DNA from: Lama guanicoe | Lineage: Eukaryota | Direction: 5' to 3' | Length of the DNA stretch: 64,000 bases | Assembly (NCBI GenBank): GCA_013239625.1 | Contig: MU053629.1 | Span: forward strand, 96,676-160,675 | Part shown: piece by piece, positions 44,501-56,500 of the stretch | Numbering within the stretch: position 1 is the stretch's first letter | How the letters are laid out: the number at the start of each line of letters is the position of its first letter | Notes under the pieces: generated by a model | What the model was told of the DNA's origin: nothing | The model's input: the letters and a program-made list of their open reading frames with translations, nothing else | Databases searched by the model: none | Program-made: the position numbers and the translations under genes

Positions 44501-47500
44501 CTTACTGGGGAAGCTCAAGAACATACACACTTCTTACCTTCCATTAAGAGAAAAAATATATAAAACCCTTCACACATATGGTATGTACAACACTCAAAAA
44601 GAAAGAAAAACCCCAACACAATTTAAACAATCTTTTCCACATTATATTACTATTACAAGTGACTATTCACACTGTGCTTCATATTTTTAAAATTTTCGGT
44701 AACTCTTATTTCATTTAATATGCCCGAACTGTAAGAAGAACAAGGCAATTATTACTTCAATTTTGAAAGGAAAGGAAAAAAAAAAAAAGGAAACTCAGTC
44801 TCAGAGAGGTTAAATCAATTGCTTAAGTCCACCCAAGTCACCAGTGGAACCAGAACTGGTACACGTCATCTAACAGCCGATGGTCTGAATAACATGCATG
44901 TATTCTACCCACACCTACAACTACACTTCTACAGCATCAGTGGAAAATAATGTCTGTACAAGATCCCAGAAAGAAGCAGCAACACAGAGAAGACCAGCAG
45001 AACAGAACTTTGACAGTATACCAAACTGCTACAACTGGAAGAGGCCAACCCAAAAGGCAAAACCTATCGTTTTATGAGTAGTATTGTGAGTTACAGGCCG
45101 GTGAGAACAGTTATATTCCAAGTATCTGCTTCTAAAGCATATGAAAGGTAGAACACATCTTCTCTCTCAGAAACAACGGTATGAACACCAGGTCCTTCAG
45201 GGACTTGACTGCAGAAACTTTTTTCCTCATAATAGAGATGAACTATGACCCTAAGTGTCACTAAGCCAAGTCTGGAGTTTTATGGGAAAAGGCTACGCAA
45301 AGCAGGAGAGAACAGACAAAAAGGGCATATTCTCAGCTAAACTTTGAAATGGGCAAAATCTGTCTTTGGTATCTTTCCACATTTACTTCTCTGTTTTTCT
45401 CCCAATCTCTAGTCTCCAGGCAGTCAATGTCCCATTCTGCCCTCAACTGTATTAGAGCAATACTATTCAAACCTTTTCTATCCACAAGGTTTTCCATGTT
45501 CCAAAATAAAATCCCTTCTCTCATCACAATTTAAAAAATAATGACTATATAAAAGCTATTGCTCCCTCAGTGCTGCTGATCAAGACTCTTAACTAAGTCA
45601 TGCTAATATGTGAAGGACTAAACTACTTACACAATAACGCGATGTAAGGGAGGATATTCTGGTTCACCTGGATGGCTAGGGAGGTAAGCGAGTTTTAGCT
45701 AGGAATCTCTTCCCAAGGTTATAATCTCGAATTATTTCTCCATCTAAATTTTTATTATACTTCAGCTTATAAACCTGCTGAGTTTCTTAAATGGTTCCCA
45801 CTTCAGAGGAGCCTAAAAGTAATGCCAGTACACTTCTAGGTCATTTCTGAGTCTCTTGATTTTAGAGTGAGTGCCACTTTTATTTATAATAGATGGTGTT
45901 ATACTTGTAACTCTCTCATAAACTTCTAAAAATCTGATTTGATTGCCTTCTTGGTGAGCATGAAACTGCAAAAGTGGGAAATGCCCCTTCAGGATACCAA
46001 AAGGAGACTGTCTAGTTTCAAAGCCTCCTCTTCTCTCCATTTACCCTAACCCATTATCCTCCCATCCTTCATTATTCTGAACTCCAATGGAATCCAGTTA
46101 GTTATACTACCACTTTCCTTTCACAAGTCAGGAAATTCTTTTAAATTTTAAGTAAAAGGAGTACCCACAAATATGTCTAGCTCTTAGAAAACCAAAACAT
46201 CCTTGAGCATACTTAGCCACACTAACTCTGCAGGTTAGGTGTAATATTTTAACCTAATAGAAACTTAATAACTAATATAAATGCCCCATAAACCCCCAAA
46301 TAGGAAACGTATGAAGGAAATATGCTTTGCATCCTTACATGTAAAGGGTCTCTCACAACTCAGTGAGTAGCCCTGAAGGCAGCCATTAAATTCTAATACT
46401 TTAAAAGCAAAAAGAATATATTTTGAACCATTAGAAAACGTCTTCCAAAATACACATCTAGTTGTAATAATATAATGAATAATGTGAAAGCTCTTAAGTC
46501 AAATACAACTCACCCAATACTCTGGGAATGAGATTTCAATATTATGTCCTCATTTTAGGTCTCTACAACTTCCCTGAGGACAAAGATATCACATTCACCC
46601 TTGCCTCTCCCACAGTCATATATCTCAAAGGTCAAAGAGTGAATGAACGGGCTTTAACTTCACTCTAGGATTTCAATTAAGCATGGAGGGCTGCAACAAC
46701 ACCTCCAGAACACTGCTAAACATCACCGCCTGACAAACCACAGGGCTCTGTGTAACAGACAGACAAAAAAATAATAATGTGTGCCCTAGGGATACTTTCA
46801 GCCTAAGGAAGTGTTTCCTGCTTGAAGAGGAAAAAACATGAAAATTTATATTAAAATTTTAAAATCTGTAGAAAAGGACCACATGTACAATGATATAATG
46901 TGGACTCACAGAAGTATTCAAGCAGTTACTCAGAGAGGCTGGAATGGCAAAAGGCAAAGCCTTCCCTGAATACAAAATAATGAATGAAGGAGGAAAGTGA
47001 TGCGGTGAAGTAGCAGGACAAAAGGGATGGGAGGAAGAGTAGTGGCATAAGTGAAAATTCTAAAGGAAGAGTAAGTCATCTAGGGCTGTAATTTATATAT
47101 TTTTTTCTTTTTTTTTTTTTAAGTAGAAATCAGGTAGTATGGACTAGTTGAAAGGACTTGATATATTAAACTTCCTATTGAAAAAGTTCTCCAACAAATA
47201 TGCATGTTTAGTTATGGATGATCTTAGTGTAGAGAGTTAGGCTTCAAAGAAAGACTTTCTACTTATCAAAGCATATCCTCCACACCACACTGCTGCACAA
47301 TATATCAAGCGAAACAGTGAAACAAAACATGAGGGAAAGAAGCTACACTTAAATTTTATTTACTAGAGTTTACAAATTACACTACTTTCATATATAAAGA
47401 AAAATCACACAAAATTTGCATATCAGTTTTGAAAATGAAGATATACTTTGTGTGGTGGAACCAAAGCCTAAAATGTATCATTGCAGTTCAAACGTCCTTC

Positions 47501-50500
47501 CACTTTAGAAGGTAATTTTCTACCCTTTTGTCAAAAACTGTGAAGAACGTATATATTAGGTATAGTATATGTTAAGTGCAGAACTCCAAAAGCTGTAATC
47601 AACATTAGCCAAAAACCTCTTACTTTTTTTTCAAGCTAAAAAAGATGTTAAGGAACAGGTAAAATGACAAAAAAAACCTAAAAGGACTAAGAATAATACA
47701 AATGAAGAGTGAAGTACTTACCAATTTGGCCAGCCTTGACTTTAAAAGGAACATCCAATTCACTCTTCAGAAGTTCAAGCTAAAAAAGATGTTAAGGAAC
47801 AGGTAAAATGACAAAAAAAACTAAAAGGACTAAGAATAATACAAATAAAGAGTGAAGTACTTACCAATTTGGCCAGCCTTGACTTTAAAAGGAACATCCA
47901 ATTCACTCTTCAGAAGGAAGAAAGAAATTAAAGAACATCTTAAATTATTAAGCTCCCCACTAATCACCTTTGCATCATCACTTAAGGACACAATCAACAC
48001 TAAGGCAAAACATAAAACAAATTTTCTGTACTTCAGTAACTCGTAAGGGTATGTTTTATGGCTGAAAAAAGTTTTTATTAACTTAAACTTGACTCTGAAG
48101 AAGGAACTCATAAGAGAAGCAAAATTATAAGTAAGAACAACATAAACATAAAAAGAGTTTGTAATTAAAGAAAGTAATCAGGCAAATCGGTTACTTGTTT
48201 TATTAACCAAACCAAGCCAGATGGAAACTCTATGAACTCTTAAAATGACAGATGGACACTGCTTATCTGAAATACTAGAAAAGGAAGAGGAAGAATCTTT
48301 TCACTTAAATAAGTTGAAAACAAATGAACAATAATTCCTTCTCAAATGAAATACTTAGGAAATGAATAAATAAATCTTAAAAGAAATGGCAGATTCTCAA
48401 CATATTATTTACCACATTAGCATTCACTTTAGATAAGTCACTAACAAGTACTGATCAATAATAATGAACTTGCACTTATCCAGATTCAAAACCACTAGAA
48501 AGAAACTTCTGTATTCACAGAGTACTAAGCAATAACTTATATTCACAATGTTCACTTGAATCTTTAGAATTACCAAAAACTAAACCAGTCAGAATAGCCT
48601 TTCTGAGAGGGAAGGGTAATAGCTTAGTGGTAGAGCACGTGCTTAGAATACATGAGGTCCTGGGTTCAATCCCCAGTACCTCCTCTAAAAATAATTAATT
48701 AATGAATTAAACTAATTAGCTCCCCCACAAGAAATAAAATAAAAACTAAATTAAAAAAAAAAAGAATGGTCTTTCTGTTAGGTGTACCTTAGTAGATATA
48801 AATACTATTGAAATCTGGGCCTGAAATACATACTTCAGGTAACAATTAACTAAATCACTCCATTAACAATTAACTGAAATAATCAATTTAATCACTTACC
48901 TGATTATTCAGTATTTTGGGTGAACAGAGACTGAACAAAATACTAACAGATTTTGATAATAAATCTTTTTATTAGACCCAAACAAAAAATCCTCACTGGT
49001 GATAAGGGGGTAGCTCTACCGTCCAGGGGTGGGGAAGAGGAGAGGAAGAGGAGGGGGGCAGATAAATTCAAAGGTCTTCATATTATACAGAATACAAACT
49101 GAAAACTGTACACTTAGCTCTAAATGTGATCTCACACTCATTTTAATCCTCCTGAAGTTTCACACAAAATAAATGTAAAGAACCCATATCAAAGTGAAAC
49201 CTCACCAATCCAGTTTAATTGGGGGAAAGGAAGCTAGTTTGAATTAATGGAGCATAAATTACAAAATAATGTGTTAAATTATAACCAAAATTCAAATTAG
49301 GCTAACACAGAGTTCAATTTATCTTCTAAGTATGTTAGATATAAATATATATATATGTGCCCTGTAACCACAATTCTATTTTACCTTCTAAAAGATTTTT
49401 ATAAATAGGTTAAAAAAAAACCTTTATTCCAATCTCTAACAAAAGAATCTTAAGTTCTAAATTTTTGGATAAAATTTTTAAAGTTGTAGCATCCCATATA
49501 AAGGGAAGGAAAGAAAGTTTAAATCTTTTGTGTGTCCACTACTTGTCAAGCTCTACTTTTTAATCTTATTCAAGCCACAAAGGCAGAGAAATATCATACT
49601 GTTTTGTATTATTAACTCCATTTTAAAATGATTAAACTGATATTCAAAGAAATTGAGAAACTTGCCAAAAGTCACACAGCTGGTCAGAGACAAAGCTACC
49701 ACTCAAACCCAGGTACATCACAGTACAAGATCCATGACCTTTCCACTATGTCAATAATAAAATAAATTGCTACTTATAAAGTTCTACCCCAAGATCTTCA
49801 ACATCCAAAACTGGCTTCCATGACACCAGTCATGAGAGCATTGCGTGTACGAGACTCTCCCTAATTAAACAGTTCATCATGTAGAAATTCAACCGGAGGT
49901 CAAAGCTAGGATTATAAAACAAACTGTACATTAATTATAAATCTAACCCATCAATCAAAGAATAAACCCATTCTTAAGTGACTTCATAAACTCCAATTAA
50001 GTCCAACATGGAAATACCAAATGGCCAAATGAGGGATGGTGGAGGGACCTTGGAGGATGGGGTTTTTTTGTAGTAAATGACACAAATTACTTTCTAGAGC
50101 TACAGTCCAAAAAATCTATTTTACCTCTTAACATTATGGTATTATTGTAAGACTGGACTGCCAAGTATATTTCCAAAAATATAATTATTCATTAAATAAA
50201 ATGTTAAAATCAAGTCCTTATTTACCTGAAAAATATGCAAAGATAATTCTGAAGAAAACTATTTCATTAAGATAAATTCTACTACAAAGTTATGAAGTCA
50301 AATTAAGTTAAGGAAAAACATTCCATTTTTCCAAGAGATACTATTTTGATCATCAGGGAAAAAAATTTTTTTTTAAATCTTCAATCTCAGATTTTCCCAG
50401 AGCAAACTGTTAAATAAGTAATCCTTCTTCAAGTGACTCAATCAGTTTACCTGTACGTGATACCAGATACCTAGTAACGAGGGTTTCTAAGAGTTTTCTA

Positions 50501-53500
50501 AGAGCAAATTAACTGACTAGTCAACACAGGTGAAAAACAAAAACAAAAACAAAACACAACTTACCAGAGCATTTTCTTTAATCTGGAGATTATCTAAAGC
50601 CACATTACCTTCAAAAAAGAAAAAGATGAAAAATATAAAGTTAACATACCAATTAGTATAATCTGTCTTAATGCAGTACCAAACACTACAACACTGTGAT
50701 AATGGTAAGAATTGAGCAAAGCAAACTTCAAGAACAGAAGAGTTGCGACTCATAGACAAAAATATTAGTTGTAGCATCCTTTAGGTTAGACCAGTGCAAA
50801 AGAATTATAAAATATTTAAACTGTCTGACATTTAAATAGACAATAAGAAAGAAGTTGAAGGCTTTCAGATCAAAGAACTTTAGAACCAAAGAAAGTATCC
50901 ATCATTTTGAATGATTAAGCCAAAATCTCAAAAGAAGGAAATAAAGTGGTGACTACTAGAACAGATCAATTATCCTGTAACCCAAGATTCTTTCCTTTAG
51001 CAAGGTGTCAATGGATATTTTCTACAGGAGATACTGTGTTAGTCTTTTAAAACTTCAAGCATCCTATCTTACCAATAATAATTATTCTTTCATTAGTCCA
51101 ACTTTTAAAAAATCTATTCAGATATTAACTTATAAAAACTAAAGCCATAATGACATGATTACATGACTCAAATTTTAAACACTGCACCTATATTTGTTTA
51201 TATACAACACAAATATTCTTGCTTATGTGAAAACTTAAGCAAAAGAAAAAATTTTCATTTCTCTTAAATTCTCTAAGGGTTACTAAAACTACAGTTTCAA
51301 CATTAAATGCAAGTGTAAATTCTTCAGTTATGCATTTTCTTAATCATTCATGACACATTAATTTTTCTAAAAAAAATACAATGCTTCTCATGAGCCCCAG
51401 AAACATTTTTCAGTCAAGTAGTTTTTTCTTTATAGTATTTTGGAGTGAATTAAAAAGTGTATTTAACTCTATTATACCATTGTTAGGAATTTGCTTTTTC
51501 CCAGATAGCAGATTTATGCAAGCAAAATTTATTAAGCACCTCTTATGAGTTAGGTGCTGGAAAGAGAGAGAGAACTAGAACATGCCACTCACAGCCTAGC
51601 ACAGGAGACTAAATTTCTAAAATTTGGGAAATATTCTATATTCCAATACAGGAATGCATAAGATGCAAATGAGGAGCGACTTAACTCTGCATAGGAAGAT
51701 TAAGAACTTCACACAGAAGTTTAGGCTAGAAGACTGAAGAAATATTTACTGGGGACGTAAGAAAAGAGGGCAAACAGACACGCCTGAATAAGACACATTT
51801 CAGAGACCACAAGTGATCTGTTGCAGTTGGAGGGTGTGAGGAATGGGAAGGAGATAAATTCAGAAAGGCTGGCAGGCGCTAGACTAACAAAGAGTTTTTA
51901 GGATGAAAAGTTCAGACTGGTTACAACAGAGAGACAAAAATGCGTACAACAGGATGACAAAATCTGAGCTGTATTTTAGAACCATTATTCTACTATCCTA
52001 AAACACAGACCTGTCCACACAATTTAGCTACAAGGATATTGCAATATTGGTTTTAATACCAGAAAGACTGATGGAAGGGAGGGAAAGAAGGAGGGAGGGC
52101 CTAAAGAACTAAATGTCCAGGAAGATGGCATAAATCATAATCACCTATAATACAGAGCCAAAAAAATGTAGACAGGGAAAATGTTCATAAAATACTAATT
52201 TTTAAAAAAGATTAAAGAATGCCCAGATTGATTCAATTTTGAGATTATACATATAGGTAACAAACAACTGTAAGACTAGACACCATAACGTAATAATCAC
52301 AGTGGTTATTTCCATCTTTGTATACACATATTATAAATTTTCTAAAATATACTGCTAGAAACTGCAATAAAACGAAAGAAGGAGGTAAGAAGTCTCGCAA
52401 GTGGGAAGAAAATACTACAGCATACTAACTAGGAGGAAAGCTTCTACAACACACTGAAGAGAAATGAAAGCCTGAAGGAGGCAGTAACTTCAGGGTCGAA
52501 GAGACAGAGTAAAATGTTATTTTGGAGGTAGAATCAGTAAGTTAAAAAGTTATTTTTGAGGTACAAATGACAAGATGCCATCACTGACCAAATGTAGAGA
52601 TAACACAGTAGTCATGGAAAACTGACATGTGTTAAGAGCTGGGGGGAAAAAATTCCTTAAAAAGGATTATATATACAAAAATTCCGTAAAGTAGAAAAAT
52701 ATTCCTGGATTTAATTCTGTGAGATGATGAAATGCAAAAAATTACAATTGGGAACTCTGTTCAAGCCAAAAGAAGTGCTCCACACAGACGCTAGTGCATA
52801 TGTGAAGCAATCCAAACCAGTCAAGCAAGATCTAAGACCCACATGGAGACTTGTAAACTTGCTCGTGAATTTTGATGGTTCTACCCAGTGATTCTCAACT
52901 GGCAGGTCAATGGTTACCAGGAGTGCTCAGGAGTAACCTGCAGGAGGTAGGAAGCATTTTCTAACAATTGTTAAGGCACTAACATTATGTATGTAAAAGC
53001 AGAGATGTCCTCATAAACAGCATACTGTTTCTACCGCAGTGGCACTATGGTTCTTTAATGAAGTGACAGATGGTATTGTGAAATACTGAAAACTACCAAA
53101 ATGGATAACAAAGCTACACGAGTACATTTAGAAAGGCAGACCAAAAAAAGGTAATAGTGATTACTGCTAGAAGGTAGAATTAAGGGTTTTTAACGTTCTT
53201 TGGTATTTTCTAGTTTGTACAATAAAGAGGTATCACTTTTATGTTAAAATTATTATACAAATTATAATAAGAGCTGAGGAAACAAAACAAGGTGAATTCT
53301 AATCAATGCAACCTCAATATGTTTTATATAAATTCCTCCTATATCTAATATTTACCTTAATACATAAAAATATCTACTTCTACTGCTGGGAGGCCAGCAA
53401 ACACATACTTCCTCTCTGAAAAATGTGAATGGTATCTAACAAACAGTATATCTAACAATGAAATAAGAAAGATACAGTCTGTAAGTTATTTTCACTGAAG

Positions 53501-56500
53501 GAGGAGCCACTAATCCAAACACAAAGAAAAGGGGAGGAGCAGCAGCATATTTCCAATTACACCAGGGCAAAGACACACTCATGCACGCAGCAGATGAGGG
53601 CCTTATCTAAGCAAGGCCCTGTACTAAGAAGTTCTCTTCCACTAAACTGCATGCTTCTCTGCAGATACATGTGCTGGAGTTTCACTGTCTATCCCATGAA
53701 TGTTAGAAATTCTTTTTAAATAGAACTACTTTATAAGACTAAGATTAAAGCAGGTTAATCTTAATCTTAATTAAGATTAAGACTAAGGGGGAGGATATAG
53801 CTCAACTGGTAGAGTACATGCTTAGCATACACAAGGTCCTGGGTTCAATCCTCAGTACCTCCTCTAAAAATAAATAAGTAAATCTAATTACCTCCCCTGC
53901 CTAAATAAATAAATAAATAAATAAATAAGATTAAGACTAAATCCTCCTAAATATCAACCATTTTACATTTAACAGAATACTGAGAGTTAAGACTTACCTT
54001 TCAACTTTTACTTTAAGATAATGTAATTCTGTACACACACAAGTAACTTTATTGCTGTAATCAGATCACCCGGGCTAAAACCACACAAGGCCATTGGAAG
54101 GAAGTTCCTGAAAACCTAGAGGAAGGGTAAATATTTGTGTCTGATCTTTACCAATAAGGGAAAAAGGCAGGGCGGGGAGAATGACTAATAACTGGAGATG
54201 GATAAACTTAACTCTGCCAGCAAGGAAGGCACTAAAGCCAATCATGCAATCAAGGGTCCCTAATCCCATGAAGTTTTAAAGAGACCACGGTGACACACAA
54301 GAAAGGAAGTCCTATGAAGACATTTCCTTCTATGATGGATGGGAAAGGACTGAAAGATGAGAGTAAGCAACACATGTAGTCTGTGCTTCAGAAGAGGTTT
54401 CTCATTCTGACCCTGTAGGATGCCCCGTAATAAACTAGCAATGTTTTGGATGAGCATGTATGGCCAGAGAGTCACATTTGAAGTTTCAAAGCTAACCTTG
54501 AAGGTTATTTTAAGAAGCACCTTAAAAGAGTAAATCTTGGTAGTCAATAAATAGTGATTTTAATGAGAATGCATTTAATTATTTAGAATGCATATTATAC
54601 CAAAATAGAAATGACTACAATAAGAACATAAACTTTTATATTTGAGAAAACACTCTCAGACGTATTACATTACATGATCCTCACAGCCTCCTGGTGAAGG
54701 AGGCAGGACCCAGAAAGAAACTGGGGCTTAGAGACATTAACTGACTGGCCTAAGAAAGAATATTATATAAACGTAGTAAGTGGTAGAGCCAGGGCGCAAA
54801 TCTCCTGTTGCCCAATGCTGTGTTCATAACATTACACTATCTCCCAAAGAACAGAGCAGAAAGGGTGGAGAATTTTAATTCAGAAGAAAATTCTATCTGC
54901 CTTGAAAAAAATAAATGCCACACAAGAATGTGACCCAGCACTGAGATGCCTTTTGGTCTTTGCATTTTAAAAGAGTGTGAAGAAATCCAAAAACAGTAAC
55001 TAAATATTAAATCAGTACTAACCAGCAAGGACACAACCAGAAAAGAGGGTAGAGTCAAGGTTTATGATAGGAGGAAGGACAGTGCCACAGTAGAAACACA
55101 GAAGCAGGAAGGGCAGTTGGGTCAGTTTCGTATTTTTAATTTGTAGCTGTGCTAAGAATAGAACTTACGTCTCCTGTCAACCTAGTTCATGTTCTTAATA
55201 TAAAACATATTAATCCCAAACTGTGATTAAAAACAAACAAAAAAAACACAACAAACAAAAACGCCATGCCCTAATCCATGAAACCAGCTTTGCATATTGT
55301 AAAACAGGGGGAAAAAAAGAGTATGTGGTGCTATGTATTTTTAAGATTTCCTTTTTGTATCTGTATCATAAATACTCATTATTTATCTGAAAGCACATCA
55401 AATTATTCAGACACATTCATTTTCCAAAGACGTGAGCTAAAGTAAATGACGATATTTCTTAAAGTATAAATCAAATTTCTTTAATAAGTAATGTTTTAGT
55501 AAAGAACACTGAAGAAAATATTGTATCAATTCATTTCAACTGAATCTAGCTATTGAACCCAAATTAACCAGTCTCCTTTTAATAGTTCACAGCGACTTTG
55601 TCTTGGGCGGGGAAAGTGGATGGGGGAGAGGAAACAATTCACTCTTACTCTTTCCGTTTCCCTATTGAAACAGGAAGCCCTGGCAAAGAAAGATGGAAAG
55701 CTGCCATGTCACCAGTGAACTTCCTCCCTTTCAAGTACACGTCAGGGATCTCGTAAGAGTGAGCAGTGTGGCAGAGCCACCTAGAGGAACGGTCACGCAA
55801 GCACCAACTTCCAGTTCTAGTTGTAGAAAAGGGCTGAATTTGTAGTTAATAGTGCTATTTAAGTATGTGGAAAGGAGTTTTCAATAAACAATTTTAAGCT
55901 CTGCTTTGATCAATAATAATTGCGCCTAAACACATGACAATACTGAACTTTTTATTATTTATTTTACATGCTCCAGGACAAGCTAATGAGAAATGTGGCC
56001 TTCACTACACCAAGTGTTGGCTGGGAGGAAAGGAATAAGAAAAAAATTCCTCTACAAGTTTAAAAACACTTACATACTGCTATGTTTTAGGTATCAAGGT
56101 AAAAAGAAGCAAAGAGGCCTGTTTTGGGGTTTTTTTGCATTCTCTAGCTGCCCTTGCTACCTGTTAAGACAATGTACTATGTTAGATTTGGATTTGCAAA
56201 CATCAGCATGAGGCTGGAACTTCATTTTTCTTGTCATATTTCATGACTGTGGCTCTGTGCCCACCAGTACTGAAAGAAACATAATTTGACTACCGTTTCT
56301 CACCACGATTGCAGAGCAAGAGGCAGCACCACCTAATGAAGCGCTCACGCTGCTCTGGCCTTGTTCAAGTCACAGAAGCTTAAAGCCAGAAGAAATGATC
56401 TTGCCTAACCTTCTCATTTACAGAGAAGAAGCCAGTGGTCACTGGTCAGTCATGTGCCAAAAGCCACTAAACCAGTAGTACTGGACATGGAATTAGATCC

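Larger units (their letters stand above)
47630..47916. repeat. Direct tandem duplication, two units (47630-47773, 144 bp; 47774-47916, 143 bp)
   Basis: Both units run ttcaagctaaaaaagatg...cactcttcagaag and differ by one extra C and one G/A substitution, both intronic. Confidence 0.95.

Noticed and set aside
48606..48680. tRNA-like sequences with A and B boxes (also at 29882, 36365, 53787)
   Set aside because: These are SINE heads with A-rich tails and mostly clear TSDs, not tRNA genes.
54080..54550. Possible L3/CR1 fragment
   Set aside because: Only a faint resemblance to the consensus as recalled; cannot be supported without an alignment.
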